A stretch of DNA of 64,000 nt from Andalucia godoyi And28 (GCA_009859145.1 VRVR01000037.1:14892-78891); one strand, 5' to 3'; positions 20,340-33,822 are shown, numbered from the stretch's first letter. Numbers and translations are program-made. Notes: generated by a model from the sequence alone, not told the origin.

Positions 20340-20738
20340 CATTTACTGGGTTTTTTCCCGCCCGCCGTCAGTCGATGCACATCGATCGCAATTTCTGCAA
20401 CCGCAGAAGTGCAGTGATTATGCAGTTCAGCCACCGCCGCAACCAGCACATACTGCGGACTGCTTTCAATTCTTACTCTTGTCAGTCCTCCATCTCCCTC
20501 GATCCTGCCTTTGAAAAATCATAATGTTAGTTGTAAAAATGTAACACGCGCCTAGAATTTGTGTCTTTCATTGCTCGCAAGCCGAACCATCAAGTTGCAA
20601 CGTAGCCCTCTCCCTTTTACTGAGCTGCAAGCACATGCTGTTAAAGAAAACCCAGGCGGAAGAACACGAGGGGAAACGGCGAAGGTACCTTTTTTCGACA
20701 TTCAACATTGCAATCAACGTCGGGATTGGCGTTGCGTA

Positions 20739-20810
20739 GCCCGCATAGCATAGAGGTATTGCGCGAGTCTTGTAAACTCGAGGTCGAGAGTTCGAGTCTC
20801 TCTGTGGGCA
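20739..20810 (+). tRNA. trnT-UGU: tRNA-Thr (anticodon UGU)
   Basis: Acceptor stem GCCCGCA/TGTGGGC, anticodon arm CGAGT-CTTGTAA-ACTCG, T arm GAGAG-TTCGAGT-CTCTC, 72 nt, no intron. Confidence 0.95.
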
Positions 20811-20820
20811 CTGAGTTTCC

Positions 20821-20827
20821 TTTTTTT
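20821..20827 (+). terminator. RNA polymerase III terminator (T7)
   Basis: T-run starting 11 nt after the tRNA 3' end. Confidence 0.7.
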
Positions 20828-21810
20828 CCCCCCTTCTCCTATTTTCCAGTCTCCCTTTATTTAATTTTTTAAAAAGGCACGAATGACGACGTACTGGCAT
20901 GAATGAAAAAAGCCGCACGGAACAGCATTGTCTGAAATTTTTGTGTAAATGGGATGAAAAGTTTGGTTTTACATGGATAACAACAACAACAAACAGATGT
21001 GTGGGTTTTGCTTATGCGTGCAGTACGATGGGATGTCAGAGGCTCGCTTTTCTGTTTTCTACACGGTTTGATTATTTTATTATTATTATTATTATTATTA
21101 TTTGGTGTAACTCTCCAACCCAAGCGTCTGGGTGAAACGGCTGTGAAGATCATCGGATAGTATGGCTGAAAGATGCGCAGGTCGAGGCCCAATGAGAGAC
21201 ACTGTCGAATATTGGCAACCGATTCCTTGTAATCTATGATTCCTCCGCCGCGGCCTCTCCGTCGCAGCCTCTCTCTCTCTCTCTGTCTCTCTGTCTCTCT
21301 GTGTGGCGCACTCCATTGCCAATCAACAGAATGAATACAATATCCGCTCGATTGAGAACAGAGAATGAAAGAACACGAGAAAGAAACAAGTGGATGAAAA
21401 ATGCGGAATGGCAATAAATGAAGCTCGTTGAAACCCCTAGTTTCCCATGGTTCCCGGGGTCCAAGCGGTTTCTGACGAATGCACTAATTGATCAATTCGA
21501 GAGTTTTGAACAGGAAAATAGGCTGTCGCTGTTTTGGGGTGCGCAGACCCACGGATGTCCCACTCAAAAGGGGGACTCATTGGATGGGTGCTGATGCTGA
21601 CTGTAAAGGTCACTTTTTACGCCAAAACAACCTGTTTGAGGCGCAGCATGCGGGCCAAATGTTCGGACAGAGGTTTGGGTTTGGAGGGGTAGTGCCTGTT
21701 GGGACAAGAAGTTTGTTGCAGAACTCAGCTCTTCTTTCTGCGTTTCTTCGGATGCTGTTTATGGTTGTTGGCTGAAGGGAATTTCGTGAAATTGAATTGT
21801 AGGCTTCCTG

Positions 21811-22746
21811 ATGGCCAAGGACGGGTCGGAGGTGTTTGACAGGGTTCCTGAAGTCCACCAACTGCTGGCACCGTGGCATTCGGATGATTTACTTTGGCCG
21901 TTCTTTGCTTCCAAGCTTCCTGTTCCAGAAGCAACGGAGCTGCGATCGATTATTGGAGACTCGCTGATTTCGGAAGTCGAGTCGCTGTTTCGTGAGCGGA
22001 TTGCACACATTGAGATTCTCTCGACATATCGAACCGAAAATGATTCGCGGCTGTCCATGCGGTCCGTTGTGGGCCGGACGCTTGAATCGTCGCACCAAAA
22101 GGTGGAAAAGGAGGTTCTGAGAAGCAACATTCTCAAGGCAATTGATCGCATTCCCCTGGACTTGGTGCCTTTATCAGAGAGAGACCGGTCGATTGTTCGG
22201 CTGTTTCGCAGGACGACGACTGCGGGTTCCGACGAAGACGGCCCGTTGCTCACCGGACGAAGCAACGTCAGCTGCAGCAGTGGCAGTGGGGAGAGCAGAC
22301 CGTCGAGTCGAGCTTCCTCCGCGAGCAACGATGGTGTAGACGCAGTCCGATCGTCGATTCGCACGCATTCCAACATGAACATCGATGGGATTGACGGAAT
22401 TGTCGATTCGTTTCGAGATGCATTGCGACAAGAGGCCCAGAATCTTCGCGAGGACATCGAATACCTTGTGAATTGCTTGGAAGAGGAAATTGCGCGGACT
22501 GCGGAATCCGACATCGACCCGTCAGTCAAGGACCTCCGCGAACTGAATAGCAAATTGACCGAGTATGAAGCCACGGAAAAGCTCCTAGGAGTCGTTTCAT
22601 CGTCGAAAAACACGGCGTCGAAAGGACTGAAACCAATTCCAGACCGACCACCATCGGCCACATCGTTGCGCCAAAGTTCGGCAACGTCCAGCAGACCCTC
22701 CCTCACAGACCGACTTCGTTCGCAAGTGGAAGGCGCAAGAAGATGA
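21811..22746 (+). CDS. CCDC24: CCDC24-like coiled-coil protein (possible upstream exon)
   Basis: LWPFFASKLPVPEATELRSIIG and IDGIVDSFRDALRQEAQNLREDIEYLVNCLEEE resemble CCDC24 blocks (recognised from memory). Confidence 0.6.
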   Translation: MAKDGSEVFDRVPEVHQLLAPWHSDDLLWPFFASKLPVPEATELRSIIGDSLISEVESLFRERIAHIEILSTYRTENDSRLSMRSVVGRTLESSHQKVEKEVLRSNILKAIDRIPLDLVPLSERDRSIVRLFRRTTTAGSDEDGPLLTGRSNVSCSSGSGESRPSSRASSASNDGVDAVRSSIRTHSNMNIDGIDGIVDSFRDALRQEAQNLREDIEYLVNCLEEEIARTAESDIDPSVKDLRELNSKLTEYEATEKLLGVVSSSKNTASKGLKPIPDRPPSATSLRQSSATSSRPSLTDRLRSQVEGARR

Positions 22747-23027
22747 GCAGGAAGGAGGTGGCGGGGTCACAAGCACGATCACAATGCTTGGATGGAAATG
22801 CTTGGATGTCCTTATTTTTATTATTTTATTTTCACTATTTTTATTGGTTCGCCTTGTTTTTTTTGTATAGGTTGGTTAACTTTCTTTTTTATTATTATTT
22901 TAACGCATAGTATAATGATCATCAAGAGCGGAAATGCAGGGCAAAACAGAAATACATAAGAGGTGGCTGCGTGTAGACAACTATGACAATCGAAAAGGGA
23001 AGCAAAAATCAAAAAATCAAATTTTAA

Positions 23028-23065
<38 letters not shown>

Positions 23066-23156
23066 GGTTCAGAAACATCAAAAGGAAACATCAAAAGGAA
23101 AAGGAAAAGGAAAGAAAGAAAGAAACACCTCTTCACGCTAGTGCGTTTCTTCTTCT

Positions 23157-25004
23157 TCAGCTCTGGTAGATGAGGGTCTGGATCGAGTGCGGTGCAATTG
23201 AAAGTTTCGCTGCCTTGTTTCCGTCCTTCACCTTGTAGTCAATGGTGGTGCTCTCGAGCATGTTCTGGATCACAACCACTGTTTGTCCCTGTGGCGTTGT
23301 CACCGCAGTGGCCGTCACCATCGGTCCTGCGACCATGGCACAGAACGAGGTGTCGAGCGCAGAGTGGAGCGTTCCGTGAACCGCATCAAAAATCCATTGC
23401 GTCGCAAGGTCGTTTGCATCGCAGTTCTTAACGACAATGTTAACTCCGTTGAACGAGGCCTTGTCTTCGAGCGCAAGGCACTTTCCGTCGAGCTTCGCGG
23501 TGAGGAACCGTGATTTGGCGTCGTACGACCACTGTTGGTTGGAGCCGCCGGAGCAGTCCCAGACCTGAACATTGGCGCCGTCCGCAGTGGACTTGTCTTG
23601 AATATCAAGGCACATGTTTGAGTTCTCCAAACTGAATGTAGACGTAAATCGCTGGCGCGGCGACGCATCACAGGCCCACAGGAACACGTTGTCTCCATCA
23701 CCGACGTTCGGCTTCTCGGAAACAGGCACATTTGCAAACGAAATGTTCAAATCAAGGCCAATTCGCACCGAGTTTGGTACCACAAACTTTGAAATCTGAC
23801 CCATGTAGTAATACGAGGGCTGGACGTAGAAGACGCCGCTTGCAGTGTCGACTTCAAACATTGCGTCGCACCAATTCTTCAAGTGGTTCGGCCCACCTTG
23901 CAAGTCCACCATCAGATTCCAGTCCACAAAGCCGGCGGCAAAAGAATTCAGATCATTGATGATGTCCTGCGCGTAGGACTCTGCGTATGCCCACGAATTC
24001 GGGCTTGGTGGGCAGTTGCAGCCCTCCGTGTTGAGCAAAAAGGCATTTCCGGGCTTGACAGCCTGCACCGTGTGCCATGCCTTCACAAGATTTCCGTAGT
24101 TGTTGGACATATACCAGTGGAATGCAATGCCGTCCACATACTGCGCAGCCTGCGGGTCCGAGTAGATCACCTGTGCCCAGTCCGCGATGTGGTCTCTATT
24201 GTGATCATAGACCATGATCTTCACATCGGGATGGTCGTTTCGCATCACGGGTCCCAAGTGATTCTTCACGAAATCGCGTTCGTACTCAGGCGTGTACTTG
24301 CAAGCTTCCCATGGAGCCGCAAACTCTGGCTCATTGTTCACGGTAAGTCCCCAAAACTTGATTCCATATCCTGAGTATGCAGTGATGAACTTGCTGAAGT
24401 ACTGTGCCCACACTGGTTCGCATTCTTGCAGCAGACCCACCGGAGATGCGGAGCTGATCATGGTCTGTACTCCGTCCTGCGGAACCTTCATCCACGCAGG
24501 CGGGCTCCATGGCGACAGAAACAGCCGAATAGGATTAACCGAGCCCTTCATCGCCGCCTGGATGAACGGAATCATCGTCTGCGTATCATGGTGCACACTC
24601 GAGTCAAAATGAGTCAGATTAAAGTCGCCGGCCGTGTCATCGAACGAATACGTTGCCGGAGAAAAGTCGCACGAGTTCATCGGAACGCGTCCAAGCGTGT
24701 ATCCAATTCCCGATGCTCCAAAGTACATTTCAATAAGCTGCTTTTTGTTTTCCAGAGTCAGCGCAGCATAGTTGATCGCTGCTGCTTCTGTGAACGCTCC
24801 TCCAAATCCCAGAATCGATTGGAACCTTGAATTTGCATCCACAGACACCGTCGACAAGGACGGGAAATCCGGGCCAAAAGGAACACTCGGAAGCTCCGTC
24901 ATACGGTCCGAGGTCCCAAACGCAGTCTGCACAACTCGGATGTTCTGCGCCGCACACAGCGTGCACAGGACACTCAGCATCACGCTAAGCGCAACTACCA
25001 CCAT
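23157..25004 (-). CDS. GH30 glucosylceramidase-like glycoside hydrolase with ricin-B lectin domain
   Basis: Signal peptide, FQSILGFGGAFTEA, GRVPMNSCDFS, SPWSPPAW, VNNEP (acid/base), NTEGC (nucleophile), WNLMVDLQGGPN, and QxW ricin repeats. Confidence 0.92.
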   Translation of the reverse strand: MVVVALSVMLSVLCTLCAAQNIRVVQTAFGTSDRMTELPSVPFGPDFPSLSTVSVDANSRFQSILGFGGAFTEAAAINYAALTLENKKQLIEMYFGASGIGYTLGRVPMNSCDFSPATYSFDDTAGDFNLTHFDSSVHHDTQTMIPFIQAAMKGSVNPIRLFLSPWSPPAWMKVPQDGVQTMISSASPVGLLQECEPVWAQYFSKFITAYSGYGIKFWGLTVNNEPEFAAPWEACKYTPEYERDFVKNHLGPVMRNDHPDVKIMVYDHNRDHIADWAQVIYSDPQAAQYVDGIAFHWYMSNNYGNLVKAWHTVQAVKPGNAFLLNTEGCNCPPSPNSWAYAESYAQDIINDLNSFAAGFVDWNLMVDLQGGPNHLKNWCDAMFEVDTASGVFYVQPSYYYMGQISKFVVPNSVRIGLDLNISFANVPVSEKPNVGDGDNVFLWACDASPRQRFTSTFSLENSNMCLDIQDKSTADGANVQVWDCSGGSNQQWSYDAKSRFLTAKLDGKCLALEDKASFNGVNIVVKNCDANDLATQWIFDAVHGTLHSALDTSFCAMVAGPMVTATAVTTPQGQTVVVIQNMLESTTIDYKVKDGNKAAKLSIAPHSIQTLIYQS

Positions 25005-25089
25005 TACTACCCCACGAGGCGCTGCACAAACCAAAATAAAATATAATACCAATACTAATACTAATACTAGGAAAGAAAATCAATGAAGC

Positions 25090-25124
25090 GGGAAACGGGG
25101 AAAACGGGAAAACGGGAAAACGGG
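25090..25124 (+). repeat. (GGGAAAAC)n tandem repeat / G-quadruplex motif
   Basis: Five G>=3 tracts separated by 4-5 nt loops. Confidence 0.75.
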
Positions 25125-25574
25125 AAAGGAAAAGAGAGACCTGCAGAGAATTCGGGGTCTGCGCTTGATACTAGCTCACGTGATGCTTGAGCGATGCTTT
25201 CTTTTGTTTTGTGTGACGTTGGGGAGGGATGTCAAGTTCAGGGGTTCGGATGTTGAAACGCGAAAATCCAGTCATCAGGTTTTTGGATTTTTCCAGTGTT
25301 TTCCTGTTCATTCATTTGTTTTTTGATCTCTTTCCCTCCCAAATCCCACCCTCGACGATCTGATTTTTCCCTTTTATTTTTTTTTTCCGCTCATCAAGCA
25401 ATTTGAACCATTTGCCTCTTTTCCCTTACAAGATTGCTCCTTCTCTCTCCTTTTCTTTTTCTTTTCTTTTTCTTTTTCTATTTCTTTTTCTTTTTTCGTC
25501 ACATATATCTTTTCTCCTTCTTCTTCTTCTTCTTCTTCTTTTTTTTTTCCCTTCCCTCTTCTTCTTTTGAATAG

Positions 25575-27566
<1,992 letters not shown>

Positions 27567-28464
27567 GTCATGAATGAAGAAAGGGGAAGCAAATGGCTTT
27601 CCTTTCTAGCAAGCGACTGTGGCTCTAGAAGAATTGTACTGCAACTTGCAACTTGCAACTTGCACTTTGCACTTGCATCCACACCTGTACAGTATTATTT
27701 GCTTTCGTCCCCTCCTTTCTTCTCCTCCGTTCCCTCTTTGTTTGTTTTGCATCTGTTTTTCTGTTTGTTCTGTTTGTTCTGTTTCTGTTCGTTGTCTTGC
27801 AGCTGATTCTTAAATTTTGGACATACAGTTTCCATTTATTCTTTGCTGATGAAGCTTTGATTTTCGCACATGCGGACTGTGAGATCGCATGATTATTCAC
27901 CCCCGTCACTCGCCGTGGAAACGGGATCTTTACATGTCCACGGTGTGCGTCACGCCTATCCCACAAAAGCCGAAGTGCCCATGTTGGGGAAGGTCCATGT
28001 ATGGTAATGACCAGTGCAAAATACAAAGGAATCGGTCCTTCTTGTTGCTTGGGGTTTTTTTTTTCCCGACTTCGGAGAATTTCCCAATCGGCCGTACGAG
28101 CAGAATGGGCTTTTTGCGCAATCTTTTGAAAAGACACGGCAAAAAACAGCCGCAAAAAGGGAAGAGAAAGAGTGAAAAGAGTGAAATCAAAAAGAGAAAA
28201 CGCGGCAATTTATCGAAAAGCCCGATTTTGCCACTCGCGGGAATTAAGAGAAAGACCGCAATTCGCACCACACAAAAAAAAACAAAAAAAGAAAAAGCAT
28301 CGCTGCTGATCATCATCCATCCGTCTCTCTCTGTCTCTGCTTGATAAAGAAACCGACTCAATTCGATCCTTTTCCTGTTCCCTCTCTTTTTCCATTTATA
28401 CATTCTTCTTCATATAATTTTTTTTCATTCTCTTTTTTAGAATTTTTTTTTTTCCTTTCCTTTC

Positions 28465-28513
28465 CTCACTTTCTTCCCTCACTTTCTTCCCTCACTTTCT
28501 TCCCTCACTTTCT
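28465..28513. repeat. 13-bp tandem repeat (CCTCACTTTCTTC) x~3.7
   Basis: Direct inspection. Confidence 0.85.
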
Positions 28514-28679
28514 TTTTCTTTATTTTTTACTTTTGAGGGGGTTGGTTAAAAATTCACTTGCTGTTTCGCTGACGTTTTCACCCCGTGAACAGGATCAGGA
28601 ATAACAAGTACAACAACGGTAACGACTGGTGGTGGATTTGTCGTGTCGTAAGAGTTTTTTTTTTTTGCAGAACAAGCAG

Positions 28680-31238
28680 ATGTCGGACCGAAAATCGCTG
28701 ACGAGTGACCAGCTGAAGCGACAGACTGCGCTTCAGAAGCTTGCGACACAGTATTCAATCTTGTCCAAGAAGAACTACATTGTGTTCAAACGCCGGTGGA
28801 AACTGACGGTCTTGCAGATCTTCTCGCCGTTGCTGTTTGTGTTTATTATTTTCTTGATTGACATTGGGTTCAACTCATCTCCTTCGCTGAGTGAACGCAG
28901 AGAGGTGAAGCGGTCTTTCAACCCAGAGTCGATTCCGACGATCAGTCGCTGCGTCAATAGTCCGTGCACTACAATCGCGTATGGCCCAGCGGGCGAGCCG
29001 CAGGACACGTTTGTCTCGAATATTGCGACGCTGAACGGAATTCCATCGGGGGAGATCATGAAGTTCAATACGACGGATCTGATGAGCGCGTACATTTATG
29101 CAAACCAGAACAAGACGCAGGGCGCATACTACTTTTACACGCCGCTGGTGACCTCGGGCGCGAGCCTGCAGCTGAATTACACGATTGCGTACAATGATAC
29201 TGTCACGTGCGTCAAGACGCGCGTATGCACAAACCCGCTCAAGACGGTGGTGATCCCGATGCAGGTTGCAATGGACGCACAGATCCTCAGCTCCTCGTTT
29301 GGTGCTTCGGTTTCGGTGAACGTCGTGAAGATGCCGCGAAAGGAACTTGTGAAGCTCGACGTTGTGGGCACATTTGGACAGTTCTTCTTCTTCCTCTCCA
29401 TCATGTTCCTGTTCTTGGTCTTCTTGAACTTGATCATCGGCGAAAAGGAAACAAAACTGCGACTCGGGCTGCGTGTGATGGGACTCCTTAGACTCCCATA
29501 CTGGTTCTCGTGGTTCACAACCGCCATTATCATGCTCTTTGGCACCGTCTTGGTGCTCATTGCATCCGGCGCAATGTTCCAGTTCAAGTTCTTCCTGCTG
29601 AACAACTTCTTCTTGTACTTCTTCCTATTTTTCTTGACTGGAATGGGAATTCTCATGATGGCCTTCTTCCTTTCGACGCTCATCCAGAGAACAAAGGTCG
29701 CAACCCCATTGGGCTTCGCATTCTTCATCATCTTTTATCTAGGAAACTTGCTCGCGACCAACATTGTGTACTCATCGTCGATCTCGGTGCCCGATGGTCT
29801 TCGTGTCTTCTGCGCTCTGTTGCCTCCCGTTCTGCTCGCAAAGGGATTGAACGACCTGTCTGTGGCGGTTCAAGGAGAATCCGACAATGGACTGTCGTGG
29901 AACCAGCGCAGTTCGTACACGGACATTTATCCACTGAACACACTGTACTGGTACGCTGCCATCGACATCCTGATCTATGCAGTGCTGCTGTGGTACTTCG
30001 ACAACGTCATCGCGGGAGAGTTTGGAACCGGTGAGAAGCCGTGGTTCTTCCTTACACCATCCTACTGGACGGGTCGCACCTCCAAGGATGCTCGCATTGT
30101 CGAATCTGAGAAGGACGAGGTTGCGAATCGCATCTATCACGAAGATGAGGACGTGCGCGAGGAGCGCATCCAGATGGAGAATGCGGCGTCTCTCAGTGGT
30201 CGCTCTCTGGCAGTCCGCATTTTGGGGCTTGAGAAGTTCTTTGCGGAAGGCATTTGCTGCGGTGCACGCAAGAGAGGATACAAGGCCGTGCGTGGAATTT
30301 CGTTTGGAATCAATGACAATGAATTGTTCTGCTTGCTGGGACCGAACGGTGCTGGAAAGTCGACGACTTTCAACATGCTTACCGGTGTGCACTCCATTTC
30401 TGCTGGTGCTGCATTCGTGAAGGGATTCCGTGTGGGTGACGAAATGGATGAAATCCGCCGCATCATGGGTGTTTGTCCGCAACATGACATCTTGTGGCCC
30501 GATTTGACATCGTCGGAGCATCTGGAGATCTTCGCTGCAATGAAGGGGGTCCCGCGATCCATGCGGGACGATGAAGTCACGAAACGGTTGAAGCAAGTGG
30601 ACCTCGAAGGCGTCCGCAACGTTGTTTCTGGATCCTACTCGGGTGGTATGCAGCGACGCTTGTCGGTTGCCATTGCTCTGATTGGAGATCCCAAGATTGT
30701 GTATCTTGACGAACCGACTACTGGTATGGATCCGATTGCTCGTCGACAGGTGTGGAACATGATTGAGGCTGCAAAGGCGGGCCGTTCGATCATGTTGACG
30801 ACACACTCCATGGAGGAAGCGGATATTCTCGGCGATCGTATTGCCATTATGGCAAAGGGCCGTATCCGCTGCCTTGGCTCGTCGCTACGTTTGAAGAACC
30901 GGTTCGGTGCTGGATACAGACTGACGTTCACTGCACATCTCCACGAGAAGCCAATCATCAAGAACTGGATGGCGCGCACGCTGCCCTCTGCGGTCTGCGT
31001 TGGAGATGTTGGAACGTTCTTGTCGTTCCAGATTCCTCGCTCCGTTGCACCACAGCTGGCTTCCTTCTTTGAACAGATTGAGCAACAGCGCGAGTTCACA
31101 ACGACCGATTACTCTCTGAGTATGTCCTCTCTTGAAGAAGTGTTTATCCGCATTTCTCAAGAATCGCGGGCGGATGAAGCCAAGTATCTTCAGGAGAAGG
31201 ATGGCGTCGCGGCGCCAGCTCCGACAGCCGATGAGTAG
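28680..31238 (+). CDS. ABCA-subfamily half-size transporter (one TMD, one NBD)
   Basis: IIGEKETKLRLGLRVMGL, GEFGTGEKPWFF, LLGPNGAGKST, YSGGMQRRLSVAIAL, YLDEPTTGMDP, LTTHSMEEAD, LEEVFI. Start may lie in an upstream exon. Confidence 0.95.
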   Translation: MSDRKSLTSDQLKRQTALQKLATQYSILSKKNYIVFKRRWKLTVLQIFSPLLFVFIIFLIDIGFNSSPSLSERREVKRSFNPESIPTISRCVNSPCTTIAYGPAGEPQDTFVSNIATLNGIPSGEIMKFNTTDLMSAYIYANQNKTQGAYYFYTPLVTSGASLQLNYTIAYNDTVTCVKTRVCTNPLKTVVIPMQVAMDAQILSSSFGASVSVNVVKMPRKELVKLDVVGTFGQFFFFLSIMFLFLVFLNLIIGEKETKLRLGLRVMGLLRLPYWFSWFTTAIIMLFGTVLVLIASGAMFQFKFFLLNNFFLYFFLFFLTGMGILMMAFFLSTLIQRTKVATPLGFAFFIIFYLGNLLATNIVYSSSISVPDGLRVFCALLPPVLLAKGLNDLSVAVQGESDNGLSWNQRSSYTDIYPLNTLYWYAAIDILIYAVLLWYFDNVIAGEFGTGEKPWFFLTPSYWTGRTSKDARIVESEKDEVANRIYHEDEDVREERIQMENAASLSGRSLAVRILGLEKFFAEGICCGARKRGYKAVRGISFGINDNELFCLLGPNGAGKSTTFNMLTGVHSISAGAAFVKGFRVGDEMDEIRRIMGVCPQHDILWPDLTSSEHLEIFAAMKGVPRSMRDDEVTKRLKQVDLEGVRNVVSGSYSGGMQRRLSVAIALIGDPKIVYLDEPTTGMDPIARRQVWNMIEAAKAGRSIMLTTHSMEEADILGDRIAIMAKGRIRCLGSSLRLKNRFGAGYRLTFTAHLHEKPIIKNWMARTLPSAVCVGDVGTFLSFQIPRSVAPQLASFFEQIEQQREFTTTDYSLSMSSLEEVFIRISQESRADEAKYLQEKDGVAAPAPTADE

Positions 31239-31594
31239 GCTGTAAAATTACACGTACAGTTTTTGGTATATTCTTGCTTCGATTCATTTTGGTGTTTTGT
31301 ATCACACCTGCCGCACGCGCGAAAAACGGTTGTTTCGTCGTCGTCGTCGTCGTTGCTGTTGCTGTTGTTGTTGCTGTTGATTTTCTTCCATTGGCGAAAG
31401 ATAGAGCTTTTACACGGCAGTCTCGGTGCATTCACCAGAGATACTTGGACCGGGGGAGAGCAGACGGGCACACGCGAAGAAGAATGGGGTGATGCGGGGT
31501 ATCGGAAATTGCGAGTGACGAACAACAGATTGCGGAACTGTCGGGGGAAGCCGCAGAAACTGGGCAAACCCGAGAACCAACCAAAAAGAAGAAA

Positions 31595-31595
<1 letters not shown>

Positions 31596-31639
<44 letters not shown>

Positions 31640-31659
31640 AAGAAGAAGAAGAAGAAGAA
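31596..31659. repeat. Compound (AGT)n(GAA)n microsatellite
   Basis: Direct inspection. Confidence 0.9.
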
Positions 31660-31727
31660 AAATAATTCGAAAGGTTGGCGATCATGAGGAGACATCGTTT
31701 TTGTAGCGACAACGGTGTCGGCATTTT

Positions 31728-32594
31728 CTAAACTGCAATGTATCCGAGGACATTTTGTTGGAGCTGCTGCAGCCACCTGCGCAGCACTGCGTCTTCGCGA
31801 ACGACTGCGGCGTACGTATTATCTCGGAGCTGGTCCGGAAGGCGATTGGACAGGTACTGTGCGGCTCTTTCGTGATTGGACAATCTGAGATAGCATCGCA
31901 CGATGTGCTTGAGTAACCGCGGCGACGGGTTATCCCGCACCATTCCCTCCAGCATTGCAGCAACCGCATGGAATCTCTCCGGCATTGCACAGATGTATGC
32001 AAGTCCCATTTCGAAAATGAGGATCTTCTGCACGATGAACGTCGCGATCGTTTTGCTGAGTTCCGAAGACGTCTCCATGATTCGCAGACACAGCGGGATG
32101 ATCTCTGTCGCAAGCATAAACTCAATCACCTTGACATCGTCTGCTTTCACCAGCGCCCCAATTACCCCGAGTGACGTCAGCCGGAGAAATTCAAACGCTC
32201 GCGTCCGTGCCGTCGTGTTCAAAAACGGATACAGATAAAGCGGCATGTGCGACGCAAGGAACAGCAGCCGAGTTTCCGCGTGCTGTGCCACGCTCTGCAT
32301 CAGCGCAAGTGCATTGCATACCCGGTTCGACCCTTGAGGAGTCAGCGTCGGCGGACTCAGCATTGGATACACTGACAGAATCTCCTGCAGCAACACCGCC
32401 ATCGTCCCACACGAGAACCACAGCGCAGGCGCTAGATCAGGAAGGTACTCGCGAGCCTTCGACAGCTCCTGCAGCGACCGATCCCGTGTTGACGGAACTA
32501 AAAGCTCTGCTAAAAGCGCTCCGACACGCGTAGGATCCATCTGAGGCGCTGGATTCGACGACGAAAGCCCAGAAGGCTCAAAATCTTCCATCAT
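31728..32594 (-). CDS. CNOT9: CCR4-NOT subunit 9 (Rcd1/Caf40)
   Basis: [78 protein letters not shown]. Confidence 0.97.
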   Translation of the reverse strand: MMEDFEPSGLSSSNPAPQMDPTRVGALLAELLVPSTRDRSLQELSKAREYLPDLAPALWFSCGTMAVLLQEILSVYPMLSPPTLTPQGSNRVCNALALMQSVAQHAETRLLFLASHMPLYLYPFLNTTARTRAFEFLRLTSLGVIGALVKADDVKVIEFMLATEIIPLCLRIMETSSELSKTIATFIVQKILIFEMGLAYICAMPERFHAVAAMLEGMVRDNPSPRLLKHIVRCYLRLSNHERAAQYLSNRLPDQLRDNTYAAVVREDAVLRRWLQQLQQNVLGYIAV

Positions 32595-32606
32595 TCTTCT
32601 ACAAAA

Positions 32607-32609
<3 letters not shown>

Positions 32610-32668
<59 letters not shown>
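32610..32668. repeat. (CT)n microsatellite upstream of CNOT9
   Basis: Direct inspection. Confidence 0.95.
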
Positions 32669-32670
<2 letters not shown>

Positions 32671-32938
32671 AACTATATTATTATTACTATCATTATTCTA
32701 GCAACAAGAATGATAATGGATGAGGATATCGACAACAACAATAGCAACAGCAACAATAACAAGAAGAGGAGGCAATTGATAATGGATGTTTAGCATCAAG
32801 GCATCACTCGCAGTTTTGTGCCGTACGCCTCCCAATGATTAAAAACGCAACAAGACAGAACTGTAGTCTGGTTTTTTTTAACACCTTGGGCAAGGGTCGT
32901 TCAAGACACAGTATGGGAAGTATGACAACGTGGAACGC

Positions 32939-33243
32939 ATGAGTGTGGCCGCCGTGTACGTATTCTCGCCTCATGGATCGCCGCTTGCCGCAATCCAAAA
33001 TTCGCTGGTCGGCAGCTCTGTGCGAAATGCGATGCTTCCGCTGCGCTCCAAGCCGCTCGCAAAGCTCCTGCTTGCGTCTGCGGCTCTGGTGAATCCGGTG
33101 CCGTTCGAAACACTACGACTGGCGACTTCCACCCCGCCGTATTGCGTGCTGGCCAACTGCCATCCGCTCGTCTGTGCTGTTGCTGTCTTGCACTCGGACC
33201 AGCCCCGCAGCTCCATCACCACCAGTCCTCAAAACACTAATCA

Positions 33244-33274
<31 letters not shown>

Positions 33275-33752
33275 CGTCGTCGTGATGGTAACGGTATGAA
33301 CAGACATGATAGCAGTCATGTGGAGTTATTGCTGTTGCAGCTTGTCCATTCGCTGCTCCTGCTCTACCAACATACGCTGGTGTCTCTCAAGGGCCAAGAA
33401 GACATGGAGGCCCAAGTCATGATGTCGTCCTACTCGGCACAGTCGGAGCTCGCGTACTCGTATACGTCTTCCCAGTCGCACGGCCAGGATGGAGTTGATT
33501 GCGTCATCGATCCGTCGGATGTCTCAGGATTCGTCCGCGAAGACGTTCTCGATGCGCTGTTCCTTACCGATTTTGTCGCGCCCTTGATGTTCTCGCTGCA
33601 GTCACAAGGGATGCTCGACCCTCGCAAATGCAGAGTCGTCAACCGCGAGAGCTGCAGAGTCGTATGGCCGCTCCAACTCGCTTCGTTGCAACAACTATCC
33701 CGAGAGCAGCATCAAAATCAAACACAAGAAAGTGCGGAGAAGCTGAAGCTGC

Positions 33753-33822
<70 letters not shown>

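Noticed and set aside
20339-20739. tRNA-targeted insertion of A1
   Set aside because: It lies 400 bp from the tRNA, and the other four copies have no tRNA nearby.
27845-27900. Possible box C/D snoRNA (TGATGA)
   Set aside because: No properly placed CTGA box D or terminal stem found.
27940-27975. GCCTATCCC word resembling the omega-RNA hairpin
   Set aside because: Only 9 nt match; the GGGG arm, terminus and coding relic are missing.
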